64,000 bases of DNA from a virus (Duplodnaviria > Caudoviricetes). Below are positions 9,283-19,345 of this stretch, one piece after another; within the stretch, counting starts at the first letter, position 1; each line of letters starts with the position of its first letter. A model generated the notes under the pieces. It was not told the DNA's origin. It saw nothing but the letters and a program-made list of their open reading frames with translations, and did no database searches. The stretch lies in the IMG/VR virus record IMGVR_UViG_3300032254_000001, positions 96,001 to 160,000 of that record; one strand, 5' to 3'. A program made the translations under genes and the position numbers.

Positions 9283-10492
9283 GATTTGTTTCCTGTTGTT
9301 AAAAGTGATTTTAGCACGTAGTATGCATTCCATGCTTCTTTTAGTGCCTGGTTGTCTGTTTCGACACCTTCAAGTAATTCAAAGTAATGCCTTTCCCACG
9401 ATGGTCTGCGGTCAACTGCTTCCTGCTGTGTTTCTGTTAATGCACGAATAGTTTTAATCTGTTCCCATGCATCGTTTAATGTTGGATTGTCTCTGCGAAG
9501 TTTTTCCATTGCCGACAAAGAGTTTTCTTCAATCTCAGCTTGAATTTTAGCTTCAATTTCTTCTTCAGTTAATCCTTCAAGTGAATCTATTTCTGCCATT
9601 ACTTTTTCACCAATTGTTTTATTGCCTGATACTTATCCCATGCATCCTTTAATGCTGGATGGTTCTCGTGTAGTATCTTTTCTTCGAGCTGTTCAATTTG
9701 TATAGTTTGAAGCGCGACTTTAAGTTGCATTAACTCTCGCTTCTCTTCGTCAATTGCACTTTCAACAGGTACGTTGTTCAACCAAGGTTCGTAGTCAGAC
9801 ATATCAGGCATTTTCCACAGTCCTTAAAATGATTTGGTACTTCTCCCAAGCATCTTGTAACGCTGGGTACTCTTCACGTAACTTGCGTTCTTTGATTTCT
9901 TGTTGTTTGTACGCTTTGTTTTTACGTTTCGCAGACCTAAGTAAGTCTGTACGCTTATCAATAAGATCGCCATCAATGCTGTACATAAAACCTTCCTCTA
10001 GAAACTCATCATTCATCTGCTTTTGTCAACTTCTTAGTTAATTGGTATTTGTCGTATAAATCCTGCAATGCAGGGTTCTGCTTACGTAACTCTTTTTCAA
10101 ACTCTAATTGTTCTTCTAATGCTTCAATACGAGATTCTAACATTTCAAATACGCTCTCATATGATGAGCCTCGTGGAACGTCAGCTATTCTCATAAAGTC
10201 AACCGCCACCGTCATTGCCTACGTTGTCGTCAGCTGTCTTTACTAATGTATAAACAACTTTGTACTGATCGTATAATTGCTGCAAAGCAGGGTTCTGCTT
10301 GCGTAACTCTTCTTCTCTCTTCTGCTGAGCTAGTAAATCGTTGAGCTGGGTCTTCATTAACATAAGGTCAGACTGCATATCAATAAGCTCGTAATTACCT
10401 TGAACCATAACCTGAACCTCAGGCTGACCCATGTTGTTGTAACCTTGGGTGGTGGTTATGTCTATCATTGGGCCAGGCTGAATCTTCAACAT
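9279..10492 (-). repeat. Five tandem paralogous small CDS (9279-9599, 9599-9811, 9804-10016, 10009-10215, 10199-10492)
   Basis: Shared LRxxNP(A/T)LxDAW/LY(D/E)KY motif, two copies in the first gene. Confidence 0.85.
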
Positions 10493-10493
10493 G

Positions 10494-11216
10494 TTATTTG
10501 CTCTGCGCTGGTAAGATGTATGTGTATTCTGCTATGCCGCTATCAACAATAATCTGTGCTGCACCGTCATCGCTGATGCGAAGTACTTTATCGCCTGGTA
10601 AGCTAAGAATGTTAATAACATGTGCAATTGGCCAATGCCAGCTACGCTTTAAGTCGCCTGATACGTCAGGTGTAAATACAAAGTTACCTGCGTGAGTGCT
10701 GTGATCGCCAAAGTAAAATACTAAATCGCCGTCTTCTGTTTTGGCAATGAATGTGCTTTCTGTTGGGTTAGCTGCTGCCTGGAACTTCAAACGCTGAATG
10801 CTTGCCATTGATGGTTCAAGCTCAACATGCCATGACACGCCTTTAAACTTAACCGTCTTAAGTTGGTCTTCAACGATTTCTTTAGTCATAAACCTGTAAT
10901 CGTTTGTGAAGTCACCAGTGGTATTTAAGAAGTTCATACTAACTGGACCTTTAACTGCATCCTGCTTTACTGTAATAACAGCATCGTTTAAATACTCATC
11001 GATACCAAGAATAGTTTTCAATGTTGACATGTTTGGCATACCAAACGTGCCCTTAAACTCAGCAATCGGTTTATGAAACGTTGCTTGGATAACTACACTT
11101 TTATCTTCTGCTAGACCTTCAATTGAAGTTTCTGTGTCTGTACCAGTAACCTTAACTAAGTCAATGCACCCTAAATCATGTGTATGTGCAATTAAATCTT
11201 TTAAATTATCAATCAT
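10494..11216 (-). CDS. Sliding clamp (T4 gp45-like)
   Basis: 240 aa; FG+PN+STL..IL, Y++PA C-terminus; next to polB. Confidence 0.75.
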   Translation of the reverse strand: MIDNLKDLIAHTHDLGCIDLVKVTGTDTETSIEGLAEDKSVVIQATFHKPIAEFKGTFGMPNMSTLKTILGIDEYLNDAVITVKQDAVKGPVSMNFLNTTGDFTNDYRFMTKEIVEDQLKTVKFKGVSWHVELEPSMASIQRLKFQAAANPTESTFIAKTEDGDLVFYFGDHSTHAGNFVFTPDVSGDLKRSWHWPIAHVINILSLPGDKVLRISDDGAAQIIVDSGIAEYTYILPAQSK

Positions 11217-11239
11217 TTTTATTCCTCTATTGTTTTACA

Positions 11240-11268
11240 ATTATACTTGAACTAGTAATAAAAATCAA
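11240..11268 (-). promoter_or_regulatory. Sigma70-type promoter
   Basis: TTGATT-17 bp-TATAAT upstream of the clamp gene. Confidence 0.7.
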
Positions 11269-11280
11269 GTATTTCGGTGG

Positions 11281-12228
11281 CTATTCGTCTACAATTTGTC
11301 CTAACGTCTTGCCACCTTTAAGTGATGTGAGTGTGCCTGGCTTCTTAAGCGCAAACCAAGAGACTCGATCTGTTGTTACTGACTCGACAATTTCGAAGCC
11401 AGCGCATTCGCATACCCTTCCTAACATAACTCCAGGTGTGTAACAGTACAAACCTTCTTCAAAGTTTCTTGCTCCAGCTGGTAAGTCACAATTGTTATAC
11501 GTAAACAATAAGTGACCGCCCGGCTTTAACAGCTCAAACGATTCTGCTAGGTACTGCCTAATAACATCCATTGGCTTGAAATTTATAAAGTGCTCCATGA
11601 CAATTAACCCAATCTGTCCTTTCGGAACTAAGTTAGTTAAGAACTGTTCTTTATTCTCATTAATCTGTTTGAATCGAATTGTTTCGTACAGACTTCCGGG
11701 TAAGTTTTCTTTAAGCCAACCAGTAACATCGCATTGTTCCATAACATAAAAGACATCACTCGCTTTAAGTGCATTAAAGAACCTAAGAGAGTTAGGCCTA
11801 ACATATACTGTTGCATGATGCCAAGACGAAAACTGTCGGATTGTTGAAACAAACTTATGTTCGCTCTCCTCGTTGTCAACAAACTGATCAAGCGATCTGT
11901 ACTTTGCTGCTTCCTCTAGATTGAACCAATCCTTGCGTTCGTCATACATGTCGTAGCTAGTGTTAAGTGGTTCCTTAGATAACTGTTGCATTAATGTATT
12001 TGCAGTAATTTTTATTTTATCTATGTCTTCGACTAATGATGTGGTATCGTTCAGTATTGCAAAGATGTCCTCATCAATTTCGTCTAAGTCAATTGCTAAG
12101 TCACTGTCTTTCAAGTCGCGTATATTATCCCTAATATCAGAAAGTTTTTTGTCAAGAGCTATTAGCTCTGGAGTGATATTCCAATTATCGATTGTTAACT
12201 TCTGTGTTAGTAAGTCGCTTAATTTCAT
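11281..12228 (-). CDS. Coiled-coil + class I SAM methyltransferase-like protein
   Basis: LLKPGGHLLFTYN and AGFEIV C-terminal strands; motif I degenerate. Confidence 0.55.
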   Translation of the reverse strand: MKLSDLLTQKLTIDNWNITPELIALDKKLSDIRDNIRDLKDSDLAIDLDEIDEDIFAILNDTTSLVEDIDKIKITANTLMQQLSKEPLNTSYDMYDERKDWFNLEEAAKYRSLDQFVDNEESEHKFVSTIRQFSSWHHATVYVRPNSLRFFNALKASDVFYVMEQCDVTGWLKENLPGSLYETIRFKQINENKEQFLTNLVPKGQIGLIVMEHFINFKPMDVIRQYLAESFELLKPGGHLLFTYNNCDLPAGARNFEEGLYCYTPGVMLGRVCECAGFEIVESVTTDRVSWFALKKPGTLTSLKGGKTLGQIVDE

Positions 12229-14985
12229 TTAAAACTCAAATAGGTTACCGAATGTACTACTCGTATCAGTATGTGCTTTTAAATCCCAATCCAGCACACC
12301 AAGCAAGTTGTCAACCTTTTGGTCAATAACTGTTGCTTCCATTGTTGCATCATCAAATGGTAAATCCTTAAACCACTGCGGAATATTATTCTCATCCGTA
12401 GGACGAGCGACACTTGTAATGTTCAGCGGGTTGTCTTTTAACCTACAAATAATTGCCTTACTACCGTCAGTTATTGCCATAGTAAAGTTATCATTGTACA
12501 AGTTGCGAAGATTATTGTAGTTATAACCAGCACGTACATGACCGGGCAACCTTGCCTTTTCACCTTTCTTCTGTGCTGCTCTTTCCTGTGCGCTGTACAT
12601 TGTTAGGTTGTTAATACGCTTAGGAGATCCTTTCTCCCATGATGGTAATGCACCAAACTCTTTCTTAAACTCAAGTATTTGATCAATTACTTTCTCTTTA
12701 CCAAGTTCGTTAAGTGTAGAGTCAAGTATGTCCTTTAAGAACTCTTGTACTACAGGCGGAGTATCAGAACGTTTTAAGTCTAATCCCATTGCCTTAACTT
12801 TACCTGGCTTACCATCAACATCAAGTCGCTTGCCTTCATTATCAACAACCATAATTGCATAACGTTTCTTGGTTATAAACAAACCATTCACGCCAACAAC
12901 TTCTCGTCCGCACTTAATAAGTTCGCCGTAGTGGGTAGGACAATTAAATGCCCTGTGCATGTACGGTGGAAAACTTATATTACACTCTTCTGCTAAACTG
13001 TCGTAGAGTGCAATAGCGATGTCTACGTCCCATTCCTGCTGTCCTGATTCTACTGCGTCTTTAACTACAGGCCATGCTGTAAAGTAAGCTGAGTCAGTAT
13101 CACCGTAAACAATGCATTCACCAACATGATCATATTCGCCGGTAAGACATTGGTTAACTTGTGCATCCATGTGCTGTGCAATTGCTCGTCCTGTAAGTGT
13201 TGTAGACTGCCCGATACGTTTATCAAAGAAACGACAATGCTCGTTTAAGATAGCGCCGTACAGTGAGTTCAAGTTGATCTTTTTAACTAACTGTCGCTTA
13301 TCCCAGTACTCAACATCTGCATCTAAGCCTGCTGCAATAGCTTGCTTTAACTTGGCCTGCATTTCTTTACGCTCTGCGTACCAACGTTTTAACAGGTTTG
13401 GAATAATACCGGGATTCTTTAAACTAAAGATAGTACCGTTCGCAGATACAATCCAAGGTTGATCACTATTGAATATTAAATCATGTGCATCCTTAGCAGT
13501 CATTGTTGAATCGCCTGCTAGTTTAGCAAACGTAGATAGGTCATCAGATGTCTTTGGTTCCCAGTCAATGGTAACTTGTACGTCATCGCGACGTTCCATG
13601 ACTGCTGTGTATTCTAGACTACCGAACAAACCTTCCCAAGCTGCTGCAAATGAACAACCCTTTTTCTTTTTAGACTTACCGTTAGCTGCCTGTATAACCT
13701 TGTCGGCCATTTTATCAGCAATGTACTTGTCTGTTTCAATTGGTCGTAACTGTCCAACAATAGTTTCAGGAGCCATGTTACATGCTTGAATAGCAGATGG
13801 ATATAGACTGTTAATATCGACTGAGCCAATCCACTTATGTAAACCCTTCTTAGGATATGCTACATATGCGCCTGCTGCCTGTGTATTTTCATCTTCTCCG
13901 TAACGTACTTTGTCTGGCACAACAAAACCTTGTTCATGCGCTTCGTTGATAATTGCTTGCTCTGTTACTGCAACCGCACCCATAGTCTTAGGAATAAGAA
14001 CTGTGTTTTCGTGTGCAACTGAGTTAGCTAAGTCAATGAACTTTAACTTCTGATCCAGTTTATGCAGTAGCATGGTATCTTGTTGGTTGTATTCAATGAA
14101 CTTCGGAAAGTCCCTGTTGTACAATGCATCAAGCGAACCTTCGTATGCAACCTTAGTTTCGTTAAGTTCGTATTCGCCTATTGAATCTAAGCTGTACGAT
14201 GGCATTTCGTGATATGTGTACTTGCGATATAGCTGCATGTAATCCATATGGATACGACCAGTTAAATCGTACGTAATATTCTCGCCACCAAAGCGTTCAA
14301 ACGTGCGCTTCTTGGGAAGTTTATCCCACAAACAAAAACGTCTTGTATCATCCTTAGACAGCACTCGTGCAATACGATTAACCATGTACGGAATATCGTA
14401 GCCTTCACTGTTCCATCCACTTAGTACATCTGCATCTTCGATAATATCAAGGAAGTCTTTAAGCATTTCCTTTTCGTCTGTGTACAGGATTGTATTTTCG
14501 TATCTGCTACATATCTCTTTTGCTTCAAGCGGAGACATGTGCTGTGGTGCGATAACCTGTGTAACAAGTTGATCAGTCCAGTTAAGGTACGTTGAAATAG
14601 CTGTTACTTTGTTGAACGGATCAGTTACGGGACTAAATCCTTTTTCAGTATCAAAGTCTACCTCGATATCGAAAAATGCTGTTTGTAAGTCTGGAAACTC
14701 TGCGCCTCTGTAATTCCGTTCAAGGCAACGTGCAATAGGTTGGAAGTCGCTTTCGAACAACTGCGAGCCGCCGTGCATACGCTTTTCTTTTTGATACTCT
14801 TTATGTGAGTTTGATGTAAACTTATTAAGTTTATTGCCGTACACTGACTTATGCTTGCCGCGTGGATCGCTATAGAAAAACGTGTACTCTGCCGGGTACT
14901 CGACAAAGACACGCTTACCGTGTACTCTTTCTACAACAAATACCGTGTCTTTATCTTTATCGTATCTAGCGTCTACGAAACTCAT
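12229..14985 (-). CDS. Family B DNA polymerase (gp43-like)
   Basis: ExoI FFDIEV, ExoII GWNSEGYDIPY, DINSLYPS, KINLNSLYG, YGDTDS, KKRY. Confidence 0.97.
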   Translation of the reverse strand: MSFVDARYDKDKDTVFVVERVHGKRVFVEYPAEYTFFYSDPRGKHKSVYGNKLNKFTSNSHKEYQKEKRMHGGSQLFESDFQPIARCLERNYRGAEFPDLQTAFFDIEVDFDTEKGFSPVTDPFNKVTAISTYLNWTDQLVTQVIAPQHMSPLEAKEICSRYENTILYTDEKEMLKDFLDIIEDADVLSGWNSEGYDIPYMVNRIARVLSKDDTRRFCLWDKLPKKRTFERFGGENITYDLTGRIHMDYMQLYRKYTYHEMPSYSLDSIGEYELNETKVAYEGSLDALYNRDFPKFIEYNQQDTMLLHKLDQKLKFIDLANSVAHENTVLIPKTMGAVAVTEQAIINEAHEQGFVVPDKVRYGEDENTQAAGAYVAYPKKGLHKWIGSVDINSLYPSAIQACNMAPETIVGQLRPIETDKYIADKMADKVIQAANGKSKKKKGCSFAAAWEGLFGSLEYTAVMERRDDVQVTIDWEPKTSDDLSTFAKLAGDSTMTAKDAHDLIFNSDQPWIVSANGTIFSLKNPGIIPNLLKRWYAERKEMQAKLKQAIAAGLDADVEYWDKRQLVKKINLNSLYGAILNEHCRFFDKRIGQSTTLTGRAIAQHMDAQVNQCLTGEYDHVGECIVYGDTDSAYFTAWPVVKDAVESGQQEWDVDIAIALYDSLAEECNISFPPYMHRAFNCPTHYGELIKCGREVVGVNGLFITKKRYAIMVVDNEGKRLDVDGKPGKVKAMGLDLKRSDTPPVVQEFLKDILDSTLNELGKEKVIDQILEFKKEFGALPSWEKGSPKRINNLTMYSAQERAAQKKGEKARLPGHVRAGYNYNNLRNLYNDNFTMAITDGSKAIICRLKDNPLNITSVARPTDENNIPQWFKDLPFDDATMEATVIDQKVDNLLGVLDWDLKAHTDTSSTFGNLFEF

Positions 14986-15248
14986 TATTCAGTGCGGCCC
15001 ACTGATTCTAAGATGTTTTCCAATAGCTCAAAGTCTGTAGTAGCTTGATGGAATGTTGACTTGTGTGCTGTCTTAATAGCTTTGTTAAGTACAGCTGGCT
15101 TGATATCCATTTCTTCTGCGATTGCTTTTACGGTGTCTTTTAGACCACCGTTTAGTACTTCAATTTCTGATAGTACTGATAGACCTTCACTCATTAAGTG
15201 CTTTAGTTTGGCCTTTTCTTCTGAATTAAAAACTTTATTGTCTGACAT
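14985..15248 (-). CDS. dsDNA-binding protein (T4 DsbA/GapR-like)
   Basis: 87 aa helical protein, LKDTVKAIAEEMDIKPAVLNKAIK. Confidence 0.65.
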   Translation of the reverse strand: MSDNKVFNSEEKAKLKHLMSEGLSVLSEIEVLNGGLKDTVKAIAEEMDIKPAVLNKAIKTAHKSTFHQATTDFELLENILESVGRTE

Positions 15249-15271
15249 TTATTATTCTCCTATGAATGTGT

Positions 15272-15300
15272 ATTATAGTGTAGTACTTAATAAATGTCAA
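15272..15300 (-). promoter_or_regulatory. Consensus sigma70 promoter of the replication operon
   Basis: TTGACA-17 bp-TATAAT. Confidence 0.85.
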
Positions 15301-15310
15301 TGCAATAGGC

Positions 15311-15336
15311 AAAAAAATAGGTCCCTAAGGACCTAT
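15311..15336 (-). terminator. Rho-independent terminator
   Basis: ATAGGTCC-TTAG-GGACCTAT followed by T7 on minus strand. Confidence 0.85.
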
Positions 15337-15359
15337 AAATTTATTCTGTTATTTGGAGG

Positions 15360-15737
15360 TTATAAGCCTAGTACTTTACTCGGCGCCGGACTTAATTCAA
15401 AGCCACGTTTTTCTGCTGCGGCAACTACTTGCTTCAGGTAGACTTGTAACTTAGCTTTTCCGTGCGGATCTAAAGTGCGTAACTTTTGGAGAAGCTTCTG
15501 CCACGTTGCGTTTAACTTTTGGTTTGCTTGCTGATGTTTTGCATCAGCTGCGGCTTTGTTGCCTACGCCAGTGTCGCGATTGATACCTTTAACGCCCGCA
15601 AATGCTGGGTCTGGCTCAAAGTCAAAACCACCGTCTGCTTCAAGTAGTGCAACGACTGACTTACATAGCTTAATAGATTCATTAAGCATTTTATTTTCGC
15701 GTAACGGTTGTTTGTCGAATAATTCAAATAATTTCAT
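15360..15737 (-). CDS. Putative internal head protein
   Basis: MKLFELF leader, LRE/LNE sites, TAAATA at 15743-15748. Confidence 0.6.
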   Translation of the reverse strand: MKLFELFDKQPLRENKMLNESIKLCKSVVALLEADGGFDFEPDPAFAGVKGINRDTGVGNKAAADAKHQQANQKLNATWQKLLQKLRTLDPHGKAKLQVYLKQVVAAAEKRGFELSPAPSKVLGL

Positions 15738-15764
15738 AATAATATTTATCTCTGTTTTAGCGTA

Positions 15765-16877
15765 TTAACTGAAACTTCGAGCCCAGTCGTTTGCGTTCTT
15801 AAAGCCCTGATCACGTGCTAACATATTAATTTCCTTCATGCTCATGTTATGCATAACCATTAAATGGTCAATTGGGTCTCCGCCGCCTGCTGCAATATCA
15901 CCAAACATGCTAATAGCATTATGGTCAATTCTTTTCTTAGGCTTTTTCATTTTCATTTCTAATTCCCAACCGTTCTTTTGGAAATCAATAAATTCTTTTG
16001 CTCTGTCGAACTTGCCATTTGGATATATTGCAAATCTAACGTTGCCGTTGCGACCTAATAAAGCTACTTCGTCACCTTTCACTAATGTAACATCGCTGTA
16101 TAAGTGACCGCCGGACTTTTCTAAACGTGATACTGTGTTGTTCTGTTGTTCTGTCGGGCCTGCTGGAGCTGCTTCGCTCATGTATTTTTCAAAATCCCTG
16201 TATCCACGACGCCTTAATTCACGGTTAATTATTTTGATTTGAAATTCACGTGGAGTACCTTCGCCTGGTGATTGTTGATCGTCTATACCTTTGCCCTGAA
16301 GCCTAAGTAATGTTTCGTCATCCATATCTTTAACGGCTGCCATCATGTCTTGTGGCTGACGGTAACCATCCCACCAAAATGCTTTATTCCATCTTTTGCC
16401 TAGGCTATCGGATTTTGCTTCTTCGACACTTTCATTCTTTTCATTGTGCTGTTTCCAAGCTGTAGCATAAAGCACTTCTTCCCACTTATCGCCGTACTGG
16501 TCTTTAAAGTCCGCTTTGCGATCTTTAATCCATCCTTCCATGCCCGGTGGTGCTTTCTCGTTAATCTCAGCTTCGCCTAAAATGTCAATTGGTTCTACTG
16601 CCCCGGCTCTATTTCGTTTACCCATATAACCTGTAAATTCCGTTTTATTTGCTAGTGGAAAGTACTGGTCGCTGTCGTCTGTTTCAACAGGTGTTTCATT
16701 TGATAACCAATGATAAGCACCTGCTGGAGTTTGCCCAACGTGTGTTGCCCATCGCGGTGCTTGGCTAGCTTTTGGTGCGCCGGGTGTTGTCTTGACTCCC
16801 ATCTTGCGGCCAATTGTATCGATTACGGACCCTTCGTGGATACGTCGTGGTGTTTCAAATAATTCAAATAGTCTCAT
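15765..16877 (-). CDS. Putative modular internal head protein
   Basis: MRLFELFE leader; IHE, INE, MSE junctions. Confidence 0.6.
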   Translation of the reverse strand: MRLFELFETPRRIHEGSVIDTIGRKMGVKTTPGAPKASQAPRWATHVGQTPAGAYHWLSNETPVETDDSDQYFPLANKTEFTGYMGKRNRAGAVEPIDILGEAEINEKAPPGMEGWIKDRKADFKDQYGDKWEEVLYATAWKQHNEKNESVEEAKSDSLGKRWNKAFWWDGYRQPQDMMAAVKDMDDETLLRLQGKGIDDQQSPGEGTPREFQIKIINRELRRRGYRDFEKYMSEAAPAGPTEQQNNTVSRLEKSGGHLYSDVTLVKGDEVALLGRNGNVRFAIYPNGKFDRAKEFIDFQKNGWELEMKMKKPKKRIDHNAISMFGDIAAGGGDPIDHLMVMHNMSMKEINMLARDQGFKNANDWARSFS

Positions 16878-17743
16878 TCGCCGTCTTCTATTGTTAATTG
16901 GTAGTCAAAGATATCACCTTTGTACTTGTCGCTTACGTGTGATTCCTTTGCAACAAGTTTAATCGTTTTGCCTTGGCTCATTAAACGTTTCATATCATCA
17001 GCCATACTATCAAAGTTTGATGTTGACATGCCTTCGTTAATTGGTTCTTCAGCTAAGTTAAACTTGCCGTTATCGCCTTTGCTTAACTCACGTGCTTTGC
17101 GTTCGTCGTGTAATTCTTTCTTAAATTGGGTTGCTTTGTCTTCTTCTGTCTCGTCCATTGAACGGAAAAGGTCTGCTAGTGATTGCTTCTTGTTCATTTC
17201 AGTACGCGGTGCTTCTGGTTGGGTAACTGTGTCTTCAAGTATTTCTGCGTGTGCTACTGTAGCCATTCTATCGCCACCTGCACCATCACCTAAATTAAAA
17301 CGCTTGCCAACTGCATAGTAATCAAGCATCTGCTCGTCGGATAGCCCAGCTGCCATGTTAGTTGACATTTCTTCGCCTGTGTCAAATGTAACTTTGATTG
17401 CACGTAAACCGCCTTCTGTAACTGCGCTTTCGCCTACGTTAATCTTTTCAAGTTCATCAACTACTTCTTTACCAGCTTCTGGTTCACCCTCTTCGCCGCC
17501 TACCAGGAAGTTACTTGCTGGGTGTTTAGTATCTGTATTCTTTGCCATTGTATGTGTACTTGGCATTTGGTTAACGCTCTTTTGCTGTGCGTCTAACCCT
17601 TCTAACAATGATCTCATTGCATTCTTTTCAGCGGCAGCGGTACTTTCTTTCTGCTCACCTGTGTTTGCATCCGTTACTATTCCAGTGCCGCCTTCAGCAT
17701 TAGAAAAGTTCTTTAGGATGTTTGTCATATCATTGTCAATCAT
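16874..17743 (-). CDS. Acidic putative head/core protein
   Basis: Glu-rich with VTE/INE junctions, in late cluster. Confidence 0.55.
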   Translation of the reverse strand: MIDNDMTNILKNFSNAEGGTGIVTDANTGEQKESTAAAEKNAMRSLLEGLDAQQKSVNQMPSTHTMAKNTDTKHPASNFLVGGEEGEPEAGKEVVDELEKINVGESAVTEGGLRAIKVTFDTGEEMSTNMAAGLSDEQMLDYYAVGKRFNLGDGAGGDRMATVAHAEILEDTVTQPEAPRTEMNKKQSLADLFRSMDETEEDKATQFKKELHDERKARELSKGDNGKFNLAEEPINEGMSTSNFDSMADDMKRLMSQGKTIKLVAKESHVSDKYKGDIFDYQLTIEDGE

Positions 17744-17745
17744 AA

Positions 17746-18210
17746 TTAGTCCTTGCTATTAGCGTATTTACCTGTTTTCTTGGCTTTTTTCTTTGTTTTT
17801 GGCGCACGTTGTACAGGTGCACCAAGTGGTGCTACTACTGTTGCCATACCGCCTGCACACGTTGTTTCGTTCAGGCTATTCTTTTCAAGTTCAATATAAG
17901 ATGCAGTAACATGACTTAATCGGTAATCGCCAAACTCTGCTCTACGTAGCTCATCAATTAGGTCTGCTGCTGTTTCACGCCACTCAACGTCCTGTCCTTC
18001 GTAATCCCAACGTTGTCCTGGCTTACGATTCTTGTTCCTAGGAACTGATACAATAACGTCCATATTTCTTTTAGCAGATGCTTTGTGTGGCTCGCCTAAT
18101 TCATTAGCAACATAGTTGTCCATGAAATGCTGTAGTTCTTCTTCGGTGCGGCTGTAGTCAGTGTCCTGTGGATAGTAATCATCCTCAGTTATAAATTCTG
18201 TTGCTCTCAT
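17746..18210 (-). CDS. Putative internal head protein
   Basis: MRATEFITE leader. Confidence 0.6.
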   Translation of the reverse strand: MRATEFITEDDYYPQDTDYSRTEEELQHFMDNYVANELGEPHKASAKRNMDVIVSVPRNKNRKPGQRWDYEGQDVEWRETAADLIDELRRAEFGDYRLSHVTASYIELEKNSLNETTCAGGMATVVAPLGAPVQRAPKTKKKAKKTGKYANSKD

Positions 18211-18497
18211 GGTAATATCTCAAATTTGTAGTTGTCTATCATTTTAGCATCACCTAATTCAATATGCGGGTTGCTAACTGTGAACTCACCAATGCTAGGT
18301 TCTAACCTTTCAAGGCAAAATTCATATACACCTGGTACCGCTTTTACCTGGAGCATTTCTTTAATATATGTGTTGTCGTTGTACTTAAATGTGCGTTCGG
18401 TGAACAATTCATCGTTTAAATAGATTCTGTACTGCGGCGGAAAGGCTTCCCACTTGCATCTAACTTCAAATCTAACTTTGACAAATTTTGGTTCCAT
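18207..18497 (-). CDS. Beta-rich hypothetical protein
   Basis: ORF with TAAATA at 18503-18508. Confidence 0.6.
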   Translation of the reverse strand: MEPKFVKVRFEVRCKWEAFPPQYRIYLNDELFTERTFKYNDNTYIKEMLQVKAVPGVYEFCLERLEPSIGEFTVSNPHIELGDAKMIDNYKFEILP

Positions 18498-18505
18498 AAC
18501 ACTAT

Positions 18506-18742
18506 TTAGCGTTCCATCTTAGCTAGTCTAGTATAATAGTCCGGCAACTCATTTAAATGATCTAGCGCAATTTCTCTTGCCGCTGCTCTGTTTGTTATGT
18601 GCTCTAATTCAACACCCGTACCCTTATCTAACTGCGCGTTGATTTCGTCGACAGTTACACCGTGCTTTGCAGCAATCTGCTCAACTGATGGTGTGTCAAC
18701 ACTTGGCATTATTTCTTCTGTTATAAATTCTGTTGATTTCAT
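18506..18742 (-). CDS. DUF5661-like protein with CTS-like leader
   Basis: MKSTEFITEE; GxxVELEH..AREIALDHLxExPDYYTRL. Confidence 0.75.
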   Translation of the reverse strand: MKSTEFITEEIMPSVDTPSVEQIAAKHGVTVDEINAQLDKGTGVELEHITNRAAAREIALDHLNELPDYYTRLAKMER

Positions 18743-18745
18743 ATG

Positions 18746-19345
18746 TTATCCGTATATCCAATCGTTAACTAGCTTGAATCGGATGTTAAATGCATTCATA
18801 AACAACTGCATTTCTTTAAGACATTCGTGCTGTCCTCCGCCACCAAGTAACGATCCACTAAGTGATTTTAAATCACCAATGCTGATGTCTGGAATGTAAA
18901 TCCCATCATCGTACATCCACTCGCCGCCATCATCGCCAACAAGTTCTTTGAATATTTCTTCGCCGTTTTCTTGTCGCTCGATAATATCTCTACTATCGGT
19001 CATGTCATTCATAACCATGTAACGTACTACTTTAATAATAGTGCTGTCATCTACACCTTGGTCCATCCATGAACGTAACCAAGCATATGACTTCTCTTTA
19101 AAATTTATGTTGTGTGCTAGATCTTCATCTAGGCCGTGTTCCATATAATGATAAGCTACTTCAGACGGTGTGTCTTCAATGCCAACATCTTCGCCGTTAA
19201 AAAATGCAGTAACGTTTGGACGTTTTGCATTTATGTAGGCAATGGCTTCTTCTATAGCATCATTGTATCCAAAGTCGTCGGATTGATATGCTGGTTGAAA
19301 GTCTATTAAAATAACACTATTGCCACGCGCTTCAAATAATTCCAT
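18746..19345 (-). CDS. Isochorismatase/cysteine-hydrolase-fold protein
   Basis: ILIDFQ (Asp), EKSY (Lys), GGGQHEC (Cys) triad. Confidence 0.65.
   Translation of the reverse strand: MELFEARGNSVILIDFQPAYQSDDFGYNDAIEEAIAYINAKRPNVTAFFNGEDVGIEDTPSEVAYHYMEHGLDEDLAHNINFKEKSYAWLRSWMDQGVDDSTIIKVVRYMVMNDMTDSRDIIERQENGEEIFKELVGDDGGEWMYDDGIYIPDISIGDLKSLSGSLLGGGGQHECLKEMQLFMNAFNIRFKLVNDWIYG

Noticed and set aside
12229-14985. Intein or intron in polB
   Set aside because: 918 aa with continuous motifs; no intein or homing-endonuclease signatures seen.
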